Source of the DNA: an uncultured virus (IMG/VR IMGVR_UViG_3300044617_000992)
Lineage: Duplodnaviria > Heunggongvirae > Uroviricota > Caudoviricetes
IMG/VR virus record: IMGVR_UViG_3300044617_000992
DNA: 54,970 nucleotides
Strand: one strand, 5' to 3'
The position numbers were made by a program, and so were the translations under genes. Shown piece by piece: positions 1 to 8,856 of the stretch; the first letter of the stretch is position 1, and every line of letters starts with the position of its first letter. Under the pieces are notes generated by a model. That model had not been told where the DNA came from and did no database searches. It saw only the letters and a program-made list of their open reading frames with translations.

Positions 1-2148
1 TAAAGGTTCTCCTGCATGTGCATTTTGAAACCTTCCATTCATACCGTGACTTTCCCATTCTGTAATTTTCATTCCAATAATTTCCTCAAATTTTTCTTTG
101 AGACCTGGAAATAAAAATTGCTTATCTGTCCTACGTCCGATGAATCCTCTACCGAATCCACCTTCAACATATTCTTGATTCAATGCAAATTCTCTTACTG
201 CATCAGGATTTTCGTAGAAGTTATCTACAGACCAAACAGTGTTTTGAGTTTTTTCACTTATAGAAAAAATTTTTCTATTCGAAGATTCTGTTTGATTTTT
301 AAAATATACTTCATTATATCCCAGATTAATATTTTTAGTATATCCGATAGAATTCATAAATTTTTCATATTCAATATTTTTTTCAAAATTTTCCAAAACT
401 ATAACTTTCGGATTATATTTCAAATGATCGAACCCCATCAATACTTCAAGTTCCCATCCCTCAACATCAATAGAAAGAATATCAACTTTTTCTATTGATA
501 ATTTTTCAAGAAGAGTATTCAATTTTATTCGTTCGACTTCTATTGTATTTTGAGTATTATGTTCCGGAACTCCATCATATCTAATCTCCAATGCAGAGAA
601 ACTGACCCCATCATGAGTTTCTGAGTACCAATGATCATTATTTAAATTTATTGTGAAATTAGATTTCCCCTCGGTGTTTGAACAAGCATATTGATATACT
701 TCACTTCCAAGGTTTTTATGCTGTTCCACAAATTTTGGATTTGGTTCGATGCAAATTGACCTCCAACCATGATCTCTAAAGAATTTAGAGTTACTCAAAA
801 ACTCTGGTGGTCCTGCACCAACTTCAACTATAACCCCATTATAAGTTAAGTCTGGGAAAAAGTTTTCAAAAATGTACTTATCAGTTTCAAATTCGGCATA
901 AAATTTCTTATTGAGAAAGTATTTTTCAATTTCCTTTATTTCATCAGAAGTATCTTTCATAATTTGTATTACATTATGATCAACTAAATCAGGATGAACC
1001 CACCAATCTTCATAAGAACATACACCGTCAGAAGATATATCAGAAACAACTAAAATGTATCCATTAGACTGTAGATATTCTCTAGACTTTTCTCTACATT
1101 TTTTAGTTGCATCCACATAATGATCATGTTCGTATGTAATCACTGCGAATTTATATTCATCAAAAGGAATTTTTAACAGAACTTCATAAGTATTTTTTGC
1201 AGGTTCAATATCAAGTTGAAGATAATCAATAGTTTTTGTAGAAAATTTTTCTTTCAAGAGAGATCGATAATCTATCTTAAGAGCATCGGCACAAATAGCA
1301 GTTGGCAATCTCTGAGAATTATGAGAATTAACTAGATCTTCTTTAAATTCAATGGACACTCCTGACCATTTAAATTTAGTTTCAAGTAAAGCAGTGTTAC
1401 TTCCATCAAATGGATGGCAAGATCCAACCTCAAGGTAAGTTCCATTCTTCTTTCCCTTCAACATAGAAAGAACAAACATATCTTGATAAACTTGAGAATA
1501 ATTTCTATCAATAGTTTCTAAACCTGGGAAATTATATCTTAATGAATGATACTTTGTTTTATCATACTGTAAAAATGATTGCGTTCTAGATGTATATCCC
1601 AATCTAGAAATATGGTCTATTACTACTTCTTTGGACTTTTCATCAAGAACATCCCAATATTCTTCAAATAATCTTCGGAATAACTTTCTCGATTCATCTT
1701 TCTTTCCCCACCACCAAGAAGAAACTGCCTTTTCAAAAATTAAATCATGATAACCTGAATATCCAACATTTTCACATAATTTAGTATCATCAAAATCACA
1801 GATATTAAGAGCAATTTCTATCGTCGAATATGCCTCATGATGAATACTAGTTTCCCTATGGATTTTTGCTAATAGATAATATGCTTCAGGTCTTTTTGGT
1901 AGGATTGTTATTGCCTGCTGATATGCCCCTTTAACAGTTTGAATTCTTCCCCCCTGCTTTTGGAAGCATAATGCCATTTTAAGGATTGAAGTGTATGACA
2001 ATTCAGGATCTTCACTTCTTTCTGCTGCTCTTAAGTAAAAGGAAATAGCAGAGGCAGTTTGTCCTATCTTGTCATATTCTAATGCCAAATTAAAGTTATA
2101 TTTCGAATTTTCAGTATCTAGACAGTATTCATTTAGTACATCAAGCAT
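1..2148 (-). CDS. Multidomain protein, partial (runs off left edge): TPR region + two FkbM-like methyltransferase domains + start of a DUF6445/2OG-Fe(II) oxygenase-like domain
   Basis: Not in the ORF track; hand-translated open frame from ATG at 2148 (MLDVLNEYCLDTENSKYNFNLALEYDKIGQTASAISFYLRAAE...). Motifs YLEVGS...YLQLDIE and IVEVGAG...ILSIDVEGWE, then VDNFYENPDAVREFAL. Confidence 0.8.
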   Translation of the reverse strand, partial: MLDVLNEYCLDTENSKYNFNLALEYDKIGQTASAISFYLRAAERSEDPELSYTSILKMALCFQKQGGRIQTVKGAYQQAITILPKRPEAYYLLAKIHRETSIHHEAYSTIEIALNICDFDDTKLCENVGYSGYHDLIFEKAVSSWWWGKKDESRKLFRRLFEEYWDVLDEKSKEVVIDHISRLGYTSRTQSFLQYDKTKYHSLRYNFPGLETIDRNYSQVYQDMFVLSMLKGKKNGTYLEVGSCHPFDGSNTALLETKFKWSGVSIEFKEDLVNSHNSQRLPTAICADALKIDYRSLLKEKFSTKTIDYLQLDIEPAKNTYEVLLKIPFDEYKFAVITYEHDHYVDATKKCREKSREYLQSNGYILVVSDISSDGVCSYEDWWVHPDLVDHNVIQIMKDTSDEIKEIEKYFLNKKFYAEFETDKYIFENFFPDLTYNGVIVEVGAGPPEFLSNSKFFRDHGWRSICIEPNPKFVEQHKNLGSEVYQYACSNTEGKSNFTINLNNDHWYSETHDGVSFSALEIRYDGVPEHNTQNTIEVERIKLNTLLEKLSIEKVDILSIDVEGWELEVLMGFDHLKYNPKVIVLENFEKNIEYEKFMNSIGYTKNINLGYNEVYFKNQTESSNRKIFSISEKTQNTVWSVDNFYENPDAVREFALNQEYVEGGFGRGFIGRRTDKQFLFPGLKEKFEEIIGMKITEWESHGMNGRFQNAHAGEPL

Positions 2149-3115
2149 TGATCATTTCCTCCACAATTCTTTCAGGAACACTTAAAATATATGCAGCATT
2201 ATCTTGGAAACCAAAACTAATCAAGAAATCATTTTCTCTCTTTGCTAATCCACAAGAAAATTCAATCTTACCCCCAAGAAACTCAAAGTTATCTGAATGA
2301 GAAATTACATTCCAATTCTTATCCCAATAAGTAAAACGATGCCTATAAGTACCATCCTTTCTACCTGCCTCACTGTTGTAAAGATAAGTCTCATGATTTA
2401 AAGTAAGGTATCCATTTTTATATGGGATGACTTGAGAACCACCCCGAAGATCAGCTGGCATTTGTTTATGTTCACCAAGGTGAACTTGAGTAGTTGTCTG
2501 AGATTGCAAATCAAACTTAACAACTTCTACTGGATTAGTCCATTTAACAAAGTGGTATGGCTGATCCAATATTGGCATCCAATTTTTCTCACAATAAGAT
2601 TTATTATCTCCAGGAGCAGGTATTCTAACTCTAGAAATTTCTTTTATTGTATTATTGCTAATTTGAAGTTCGGACAATTCCATCCTCCCCTCACCATGAG
2701 TTGTGGTATCTCTACGAACACCACACAGATATAACTTACCTTCCCAATTAAATAACCTAGCATCTTCAAGACCAACAAACTCCCAAATTGGTTTAACATC
2801 CAATAAGGAAGTATCTACTTGACCAAATGATTGTATGTCTAAATTTGAATCCAATCTACAAATATAATTTGTAGTTGTCAATGTAAGATCATTCTCTGGA
2901 TGAAGATAAACTAATGGACCCCACTGATGTTCATATCTGTTTAATTCTGCATGATATAAAGTGTATTGAATATGTCTTATATTTACAAGTATATTTCCAT
3001 ATTCATCTATAAAAACTGAAGGATTGAGTAATCCTGTTCCTTGAGTTAATTCTGATGGTATGATTAAGGGTTTAATATATCCACCATTATCTAAAACTTT
3101 TTTTACAAATCCCAT
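2141..3115 (-). CDS. Five-bladed beta-propeller glycosidase/phosphorylase-like protein (GH130/GH43-like)
   Basis: Motifs NPSVF, GLEDARLF, EKNWMP, LRGGSQ, IEFSCGL, SFGFQD. Confidence 0.65.
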   Translation of the reverse strand: MGFVKKVLDNGGYIKPLIIPSELTQGTGLLNPSVFIDEYGNILVNIRHIQYTLYHAELNRYEHQWGPLVYLHPENDLTLTTTNYICRLDSNLDIQSFGQVDTSLLDVKPIWEFVGLEDARLFNWEGKLYLCGVRRDTTTHGEGRMELSELQISNNTIKEISRVRIPAPGDNKSYCEKNWMPILDQPYHFVKWTNPVEVVKFDLQSQTTTQVHLGEHKQMPADLRGGSQVIPYKNGYLTLNHETYLYNSEAGRKDGTYRHRFTYWDKNWNVISHSDNFEFLGGKIEFSCGLAKRENDFLISFGFQDNAAYILSVPERIVEEMINA

Positions 3116-3142
3116 ACTATTTTATAGTCATCCTAGTATATA

Positions 3143-4840
3143 TTAAGGTATTATAGCATCCAAACTAAGGTTTTTGCCAATTGTTTTCCACCAATTCAGA
3201 ACACTAATATTAGAGTAAGTATGGAAAGAATTCTGACTTTCATCAGTTACCCAAGTGCTTTTGAAGTTTAATGATTCCAAAAATAATGGAATAAAGTAAA
3301 TAGAGTTTTCTTTGAAATAAGAATACACCATTGATTCTGGAGTAGGAATTAACCATCTATGGTCAGACCTTTCTCTACCTTCATAATCAATTCCTTTATA
3401 CTCCAAAATAATTTCATCACCATTAAAATAATTTTCTACTATATTTTTAGCGTGCGATCTTTTAATTAGATAAGCACAGCAAGACCAATCGCACCAATCT
3501 CTATATCTAAAGACATGGTTTGCATCATATAATCTACTATCAGTGTACCAATCAGCAGTGCTAATAAAGCATAGTTGGACGCATTCCCAATTTTCGGGAA
3601 GTTTGTTAAAAAATTCTTCCCAGGTAAAATTCCAATATTGAACAGATTCAAAACTTAAATCATCTTCACAAAAGAAGGCATAATCTTCATTTGTAGTTTC
3701 ATACCACTCCTTAATTGCCTTTAAGTGAGAAGTTACTGGACCTCTATGATGTTTCGGTATTAAAAAATCACAGTCTTTACCACTTATTTGATGATCCATA
3801 TCATTATATCTTTTGTAGATATGGGGAGTTATATTTGGTAATTTATATTTTTCAAAACTATTATAAAGTAATTTTCTCCTGTCTTCGGATTCTTCAATAC
3901 TTACAAAATTTATAGGAGGAAAATCCTTTAGTTTATTTTTTATTAGGTTGGTGAATAATACTTCCTTTACTTTATTCCTTACTTTATTAATTCTTGTCTC
4001 CCACCATATTAAGACATCATATTGAATCAATTGAAGTTTTTCTTTATCTTCAAGAAGTTTTAAACATTCAATTGATGCATCTTCCCAACTATCAAAAAAT
4101 AACCAAGGAGGATTTTCCTCATACTTAAAAGTACATTCTATCTCATCCTTTGAACCTACTACTACTGGGATTGCCCCACAAATAGATGCCTCATATAATC
4201 TGAAGCAATTCAATGATGAATTACCTCTACCACATGGAACAAAGATAGAATTATTATATAAGTTTATCATATCGGATTTTGATATTCCACAAACTTGCCA
4301 ATGTGGATAAATCTTTTGAAACTGATTCAACATTTCATACCTATCAGTTTTTACTTCTCCTGCATGTGTCCAAGAATAATATCTTTGAGAAATTGGAGTT
4401 ACTGATTCTGGGAATATACACCCAGTTCCATATCCAAGAGGAATTTGAATTGTATTTGAAGTATATTCATAATTAGAAAAATGATGTTGCCTCAAAAACA
4501 ATTCACAGTATCTTCCCAATTGATTATGTTCTTGCAAATTTTCAAAGTCAAATTCATCGGAAAGTTGAATTATAATTTTAGGGTTAGTTATCATAACGCA
4601 TTCAAAGATATCTTGATATGTTGGCATATATCCCCAAGGATAATTATTGGGATCTCTACAACTATAAACAAGTACATCGAATGTTTGATTTCTAATTTTA
4701 AGTTCTTCTAAAGATAAAATAAACTCGCAGGTTTCTATCTCAAACTCATTTAGAATTTGGTCTTGAATGTAATCATATTCCCAAATTCCATCTTTTTCAG
4801 ATCTTCCAAAATAAAGAAGTTTTATCATATTGATATCCAA
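3143..4840 (-). CDS. Two-domain glycosyltransferase (exostosin/GT47-like N-terminus + GT25-like C-terminus)
   Basis: SIFVPCGRGNSSLNCFRLYEASICGAIPVV; C-terminal SHLKAIKEWY...FCEDD...AYLI. Confidence 0.65.
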   Translation of the reverse strand: MDINMIKLLYFGRSEKDGIWEYDYIQDQILNEFEIETCEFILSLEELKIRNQTFDVLVYSCRDPNNYPWGYMPTYQDIFECVMITNPKIIIQLSDEFDFENLQEHNQLGRYCELFLRQHHFSNYEYTSNTIQIPLGYGTGCIFPESVTPISQRYYSWTHAGEVKTDRYEMLNQFQKIYPHWQVCGISKSDMINLYNNSIFVPCGRGNSSLNCFRLYEASICGAIPVVVGSKDEIECTFKYEENPPWLFFDSWEDASIECLKLLEDKEKLQLIQYDVLIWWETRINKVRNKVKEVLFTNLIKNKLKDFPPINFVSIEESEDRRKLLYNSFEKYKLPNITPHIYKRYNDMDHQISGKDCDFLIPKHHRGPVTSHLKAIKEWYETTNEDYAFFCEDDLSFESVQYWNFTWEEFFNKLPENWECVQLCFISTADWYTDSRLYDANHVFRYRDWCDWSCCAYLIKRSHAKNIVENYFNGDEIILEYKGIDYEGRERSDHRWLIPTPESMVYSYFKENSIYFIPLFLESLNFKSTWVTDESQNSFHTYSNISVLNWWKTIGKNLSLDAIIP

Positions 4841-5589
4841 TGATCAACATCTAATAAATTTTCATTTCCATTAAACCATACTCTTGGTTTTACAACTCTT
4901 TTGCTGTTTGCCAACCATGCTCCCCACCAACTAAAAGAACTATTAGCAATAATATGATAATCACATAAAGTCTGTAAGCATAAATCTACTGCATTATTAT
5001 TATTGCGAGAGAAGAAGAATCTATTGTCCTTAAACAATAATTGATCACAAGACCAATCTATATCATCAGAAAATATTAAAACCTTTATATCATCATCAAA
5101 AAACTTAAGTGCTTGAGAATAATATTCAATACCATGAATAATATTATGATTCCAATCAAAATAATCAGTTCTTCTAATGTGTAGAGATATTACTTTTTGA
5201 TTAGAAAAGCAAGATCTAAAAGTATTATTTGCAGTTTGAAAAATCTCTGGTTTGAACGTAAAACATTTTTTAATATCTTCAGAATTATTTTCTATGTACT
5301 TAACATCCTGAAAGTATCCTTGAAGATCTATATTATCAGGACACTTATAATATAGATCTTCATTAAACCCAAGATCTTCTAATATAATTTTATAAAAATT
5401 AGTATTTGCTCTAAGTTCATTATCCAATAAAAAGCAATCAAATAAATTAAAGTCCTCATTATTTAATCTAGGATTAATAGGAAGACAATATTCATAGTTA
5501 TTCTTTTTAGCAATACTACGAAGAGCAGCATATTGAAACATTTGATTGCCAAGTCTTCCAATAGCACCAAGACAATTCATTGATATCAT
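4825..5589 (-). CDS. GT11 alpha-1,2-fucosyltransferase-like protein
   Basis: GRLGNQMFQYA, GYFQ, SLHIRRTDY, FSDD, ANSSFSWWGAWL. Confidence 0.88.
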   Translation of the reverse strand: MISMNCLGAIGRLGNQMFQYAALRSIAKKNNYEYCLPINPRLNNEDFNLFDCFLLDNELRANTNFYKIILEDLGFNEDLYYKCPDNIDLQGYFQDVKYIENNSEDIKKCFTFKPEIFQTANNTFRSCFSNQKVISLHIRRTDYFDWNHNIIHGIEYYSQALKFFDDDIKVLIFSDDIDWSCDQLLFKDNRFFFSRNNNNAVDLCLQTLCDYHIIANSSFSWWGAWLANSKRVVKPRVWFNGNENLLDVDHWISI

Positions 5590-5593
5590 ATAA

Positions 5594-6238
5594 TTATTCC
5601 TCTAAATTCTTAATAAAAATTGTATTAATATGATCCTTATAAACTTCAATATACTTTGATTTTCCTATTCTTCCCCTCAAATTTCTATGAACATTTGAAA
5701 TGTCATATTCAGTGAACTCGGGATGATTGTCCATTAATTCCACTATAATCATTTTAGGATTCCAAAAATTTAAATCAAACGAATTAAATACATCATCTTC
5801 ATTACCTTCAACATCTACGACTAAAAGATCAAATCCTGGGATTATTTTAAATTTATTTAAAATATTTTCCAGTCTATATTGCTTGCAAATATTTTTTCCA
5901 ACTGCATTATTTTTTAACCATTTCAAATGATCTAAATTGGATGTAGATAGTGCCCCATGGATATACATCTCAATTTCCTTTTCATCTGATCCAATAGAGC
6001 AATTCACAACACTAACATCATTATCATGATGCCGTTGTGAGCAATATAAACAATGCTCAAGTATTGGATCTATATACAAACCATTCCACCCAACATCAGC
6101 AAGGCATGAAGTATTTGAGTAAGATTCTCCATCATATGCTCCAACTTCAACGAAAGTTCCTTTTGATGGATATCCAAAATATTTTAAGTAAATTGAATTG
6201 AGGTTATTAATTTGACAAGTCTCAGATAATTTATACAT
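5594..6238 (-). CDS. FkbM-family methyltransferase
   Basis: FVEVGAYDG...SN, LLVVDVEGNE. Confidence 0.82.
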   Translation of the reverse strand: MYKLSETCQINNLNSIYLKYFGYPSKGTFVEVGAYDGESYSNTSCLADVGWNGLYIDPILEHCLYCSQRHHDNDVSVVNCSIGSDEKEIEMYIHGALSTSNLDHLKWLKNNAVGKNICKQYRLENILNKFKIIPGFDLLVVDVEGNEDDVFNSFDLNFWNPKMIIVELMDNHPEFTEYDISNVHRNLRGRIGKSKYIEVYKDHINTIFIKNLEE

Positions 6239-6515
6239 AAAAAGGTTCTTGTTGATTATCGGGAAATTTGGTAAAATAAGTCTTTAATTTTTTTGGTTCA
6301 GTCTTTTTAGAAACAACGATTTCATTAGTAGGAAGTGCCTTAGGAATTTCTATATCAACAACAGGACCCATTAAAAACTTATTTTTTGTAATAGTTCTAT
6401 TCTGAGGATCAAATGAAACCATCAACAAAGCATCTTCCTCTTCACCACAATCAGCAATTTTTCTACCTGTTTTGGTTTCAATTACTGAAAAATATTCCTC
6501 ATTATACTTTTTCAT
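6231..6515 (-). CDS. Hypothetical phage protein
   Basis: 94-aa ORF overlapping both neighbours on the coding strand. Confidence 0.7.
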   Translation of the reverse strand: MKKYNEEYFSVIETKTGRKIADCGEEEDALLMVSFDPQNRTITKNKFLMGPVVDIEIPKALPTNEIVVSKKTEPKKLKTYFTKFPDNQQEPFYV

Positions 6516-6624
6516 TTTTAGAAGTCTTTTGACTATTATAGGTCACTTGAGGTTTTCTGTAAAGACCAGGCCAAGTATCCCTAATAATTTCTGCAAGTTT
6601 GTAAGGAGTTTCTGATGCAATCAT
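6502..6624 (-). CDS. Small hypothetical protein (40 aa, MIASETPYKLAEIIRDTWPGLY...)
   Basis: Hand-translated; ATGA overlap with the upstream 24-aa ORF. Confidence 0.55.
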   Translation of the reverse strand: MIASETPYKLAEIIRDTWPGLYRKPQVTYNSQKTSKNEKV

Positions 6625-6695
6625 AGGTCTTGTGTAATCGACATTATAAACATAAAAAGTCCAAAGAGTATGAAACTTATAAGGATGAAGAACAT
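6621..6695 (-). CDS. Very small hydrophobic protein (24 aa, MFFILISFILFGLFMFIMSITQDL)
   Basis: Hand-translated; single transmembrane-like segment; stop overlaps next start. Confidence 0.4.
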   Translation of the reverse strand: MFFILISFILFGLFMFIMSITQDL

Positions 6696-6721
6696 AAAAA
6701 AAGGAGTTCCAAAGAACTCCT
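6696..6721 (-). terminator. Intrinsic terminator after psbA
   Basis: GGAGTTC-TTTG-GAACTCC followed by T7 on the minus strand. Confidence 0.75.
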
Positions 6722-6744
6722 CTATTTATTTTTTAAGTTTTAAC

Positions 6745-8028
6745 TCAACCAATTGCAGGTGCAGTGAGAGCAACAGGAGTGCTATCAGCAGCAGCAAGAT
6801 CAAGTGGGAAGTTGTGAGCATTCTTGAAATCCCTCTGTCGCCAGGGGCAAGGACTATATCATCACTCATAAGAGTGTCGGACGCTAATGGTGTATTACAT
6901 GTGGAGATCGCCACAAACCACCTAGTCTCTGAACCTTCCTTACACGCTTGCAAGGCTTGGCTGCTGATTGTCTACAAGAGAGTTCCAGCAATTCATCCGA
7001 TTTAACGAGCGCCATGCGGACACAAAACGCTCGTGCATTACCTCCATCCCCAGTCCAGCACGATTGAGTACATCAGCCCAAGTGTTAATAACTTTGCCTT
7101 CAGAACTCATGATGCTCTGGTTGAAGTTGAAACCATTCAGGTTGAATGCCATCGTGCTAACTCCAAGAGCAGTGAACCAAATACCAACAACAGGCCAAGC
7201 AGCCAAAAAGAAATGTAGAGAGCGAGAGTTGTTGAAGGACGCATATTGGAAAATCAAACGACCAAAGTAACCATGGGCAGCAACAATGTTATAAGTCTCT
7301 TCTTCTTGACCAAACTTATAACCATAGTTCTGTGACTCATTTTCAGTGGTTTCACGAACCAGTGAAGAAGTAACCAGAGAACCATGCATAGCAGAGAACA
7401 GTGAACCACCAAAGACACCAGCAACTCCAAGCATATGGAAGGGGTGCATCAGGATGTTATGTTCTGCCTGGAACACAAGCATATAGTTGAAAGTACCAGA
7501 AATGCCAAGAGGCATAGCATCAGAGAAAGAACCTTGACCAAAAGGATAGACCAGGAATACTGCAGAAGCAGCAGCAACAGGTGCAGAGTATGCAACACAG
7601 ATCCAGGGACGCATACCTAGACGGTAAGAAAGTTCCCACTCACGACCCATATAGGCATAGATACCAATCAGGAAGTGGAACACTACAAGTTGGAAAGGTC
7701 CACCATTGTAGAGCCATTCATCTAGGGAAGCAGCTTCCCAGATGGGGTAAAAGTGCAGTCCAATAGCATTGGACGAAGGAACAACAGCACCAGAGATAAT
7801 GTTGTTTCCATACATCAGAGAACCAGCAACTGGTTCACGAATTCCATCAATGTCAACAGGGGGAGCTGCAATGAAAGCAACAATGAAGCAGATAGTTGCT
7901 GCAAGCAATGTTGGAATCATCAGGGTTCCAAACCACCCAACATAAAGTCTGTTGTCAGTTGAAGTAACCCAGTTGCAGAATTGTTCCCAAGTATTAGATT
8001 GTCTTTGTTGTGAAATTGTAGCAGTCAT
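6745..8028 (-). CDS. psbA: Photosystem II D1 protein, two exons: 8028-7027 (334 codons) joined to 6822-6745 (25 codons + TGA); 359 aa when spliced
   Basis: Canonical D1 up to ...MEVMHER; the missing C-terminus [25 protein letters not shown] resumes at 6822; Glu130 (MGREWE). Confidence 0.97.
6823..7026 (-). mobile_element. Group I self-splicing intron, 204 nt, no internal endonuclease ORF
   Basis: Exon ends in U and pairs with the internal guide (ACGAGCGU/GCGCUCGU, U-G at splice site); P AAUUGCUGGAA (6983-6993), Q AAUCAGCAG (6961-6969), R GUUCAGAGACUA (6923-6934), S AUGAUAUAGUCC (6851-6862); P3 UCGGAU/GUCCGA; terminal G at 6823. Confidence 0.95.
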
Positions 8029-8037
8029 TTTTTAAAA

Positions 8038-8147
8038 GAGTAAGTAGATCCATCAGGGAAATGGTGGAGTTACTTATTTCCTAGACACCCTTATTCTAGG
8101 ATATGAGAGACTTGATTTATACTCCCCATAGGTCTCGGTTAATGGGA
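8038..8147 (-). ncRNA. Structured psbA 5' leader, PhotoRC-II-like RNA motif
   Basis: Stems GAGAC/GUCUC, UCCUAGA/UCUAGGA (loop contains AGGG), CCAU/AUGG (loop contains CCCU); position upstream of a cyanophage psbA; family named from memory. Confidence 0.65.
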
Positions 8148-8191
8148 GTTACAAAGATTAAAGAACTGTAACATTCCTTAACCTGTTGATG

Positions 8192-8225
8192 TATTTATCA
8201 TAGCATTGTCAGGAAATCCTGTCAA
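8192..8225 (-). promoter_or_regulatory. psbA sigma70-type promoter overlapped by a T4-late-type element
   Basis: TTGACA-17 nt-TATGAT (8225-8197); GATAAATA at 8199-8192. Confidence 0.8.
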
Positions 8226-8274
8226 TGGTTCAATTTCTGAACTGGGATAAATACTTAAAACTGCTTCTCCCTGT

Positions 8275-8466
8275 ATGCCAAGGGAATGGAACACTCCCAA
8301 AAGGGAACCTTGGAATGCTCCTATACATAACATTCTAAAAGCAATAGATAATCACACTCAAGAATACTTCAAGAGTGGTGATATGTGGCATCTACAAAAA
8401 GCAGATCTGTTGAGACAATACTTAAGGGAACTCAAGGATTTTATACATAAGTCAGAAGGAAGATGA
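8275..8466 (+). CDS. Hypothetical phage protein
   Basis: 63-aa ORF divergent from psbA, preceded by late-type ATAAATA near 8247. Confidence 0.7.
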   Translation: MPREWNTPKREPWNAPIHNILKAIDNHTQEYFKSGDMWHLQKADLLRQYLRELKDFIHKSEGR

Positions 8467-8633
8467 AAAAGATTTTTCTTATTGGATTGTTGGCTATGAG
8501 ATTAATCACCAACGAGGGAGTATTCAATGAGAATAGGAGACCGCAACCAAAAAGACAGTTCCCAGAAATCATCAGATTCATCAGAAGACCAGCAAAAAGA
8601 GGTAGGAAAAAAGCAAAGTTCTATCTTGAATAA
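8463..8633 (+). CDS. Small basic protein (56 aa, MKKIFLIGLLAMRLITNEGVFNENRRPQPKRQFPEIIRFIRRPAKRGRKKAKFYLE)
   Basis: Hand-translated; ATGA coupling with the upstream ORF; hydrophobic N-terminus, Arg/Lys-rich tail. Confidence 0.45.
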   Translation: MKKIFLIGLLAMRLITNEGVFNENRRPQPKRQFPEIIRFIRRPAKRGRKKAKFYLE

Positions 8634-8856
8634 ATTAATCTTTGCTGTTTGCTGTTCTATTATTGGATTTGTTGGTTTAAATTTTGTTGCCTGCAATTTT
8701 ATGATCCCAGGTACAACAAACTATGCAAATCTTTTAGGTGGATTAAAAAATCCTCCTCCAACAGATTGCAAAGAATCTGAAAGAAGAGGATTTGAAACTT
8801 TATTAACTATATTAACTACAGTGATTGCATTAAGAACTAAAGTAGAAGAAGATTAA
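8527..8856 (+). CDS. Membrane protein with two hydrophobic segments (holin- or spanin-like candidate); start uncertain
   Basis: LIFAVCCSIIGFVGLNFVAC and FETLLTILTTVIAL; converges on the lysozyme gene. Confidence 0.55.
   Translation: MRIGDRNQKDSSQKSSDSSEDQQKEVGKKQSSILNKLIFAVCCSIIGFVGLNFVACNFMIPGTTNYANLLGGLKNPPPTDCKESERRGFETLLTILTTVIALRTKVEED

Noticed and set aside
118..498. 126-aa plus-strand ORF and the many other plus-strand ORFs in the track
   Set aside because: Antisense shadows of well-supported minus-strand genes with no recognisable motifs; only 8275-8856 look real on the plus strand
6726..6953. 75-aa minus-strand ORF as an intron-encoded homing endonuclease
   Set aside because: No LAGLIDADG, GIY-YIG or HNH motif; it runs through the ribozyme core and out of frame across exon 2
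6726..8028. psbA as a frameshifted pseudogene, or the 362-aa ORF as the normal product
   Set aside because: Precise removal of 6823-7026 restores a canonical 359-aa D1, and the insert has all group I core elements
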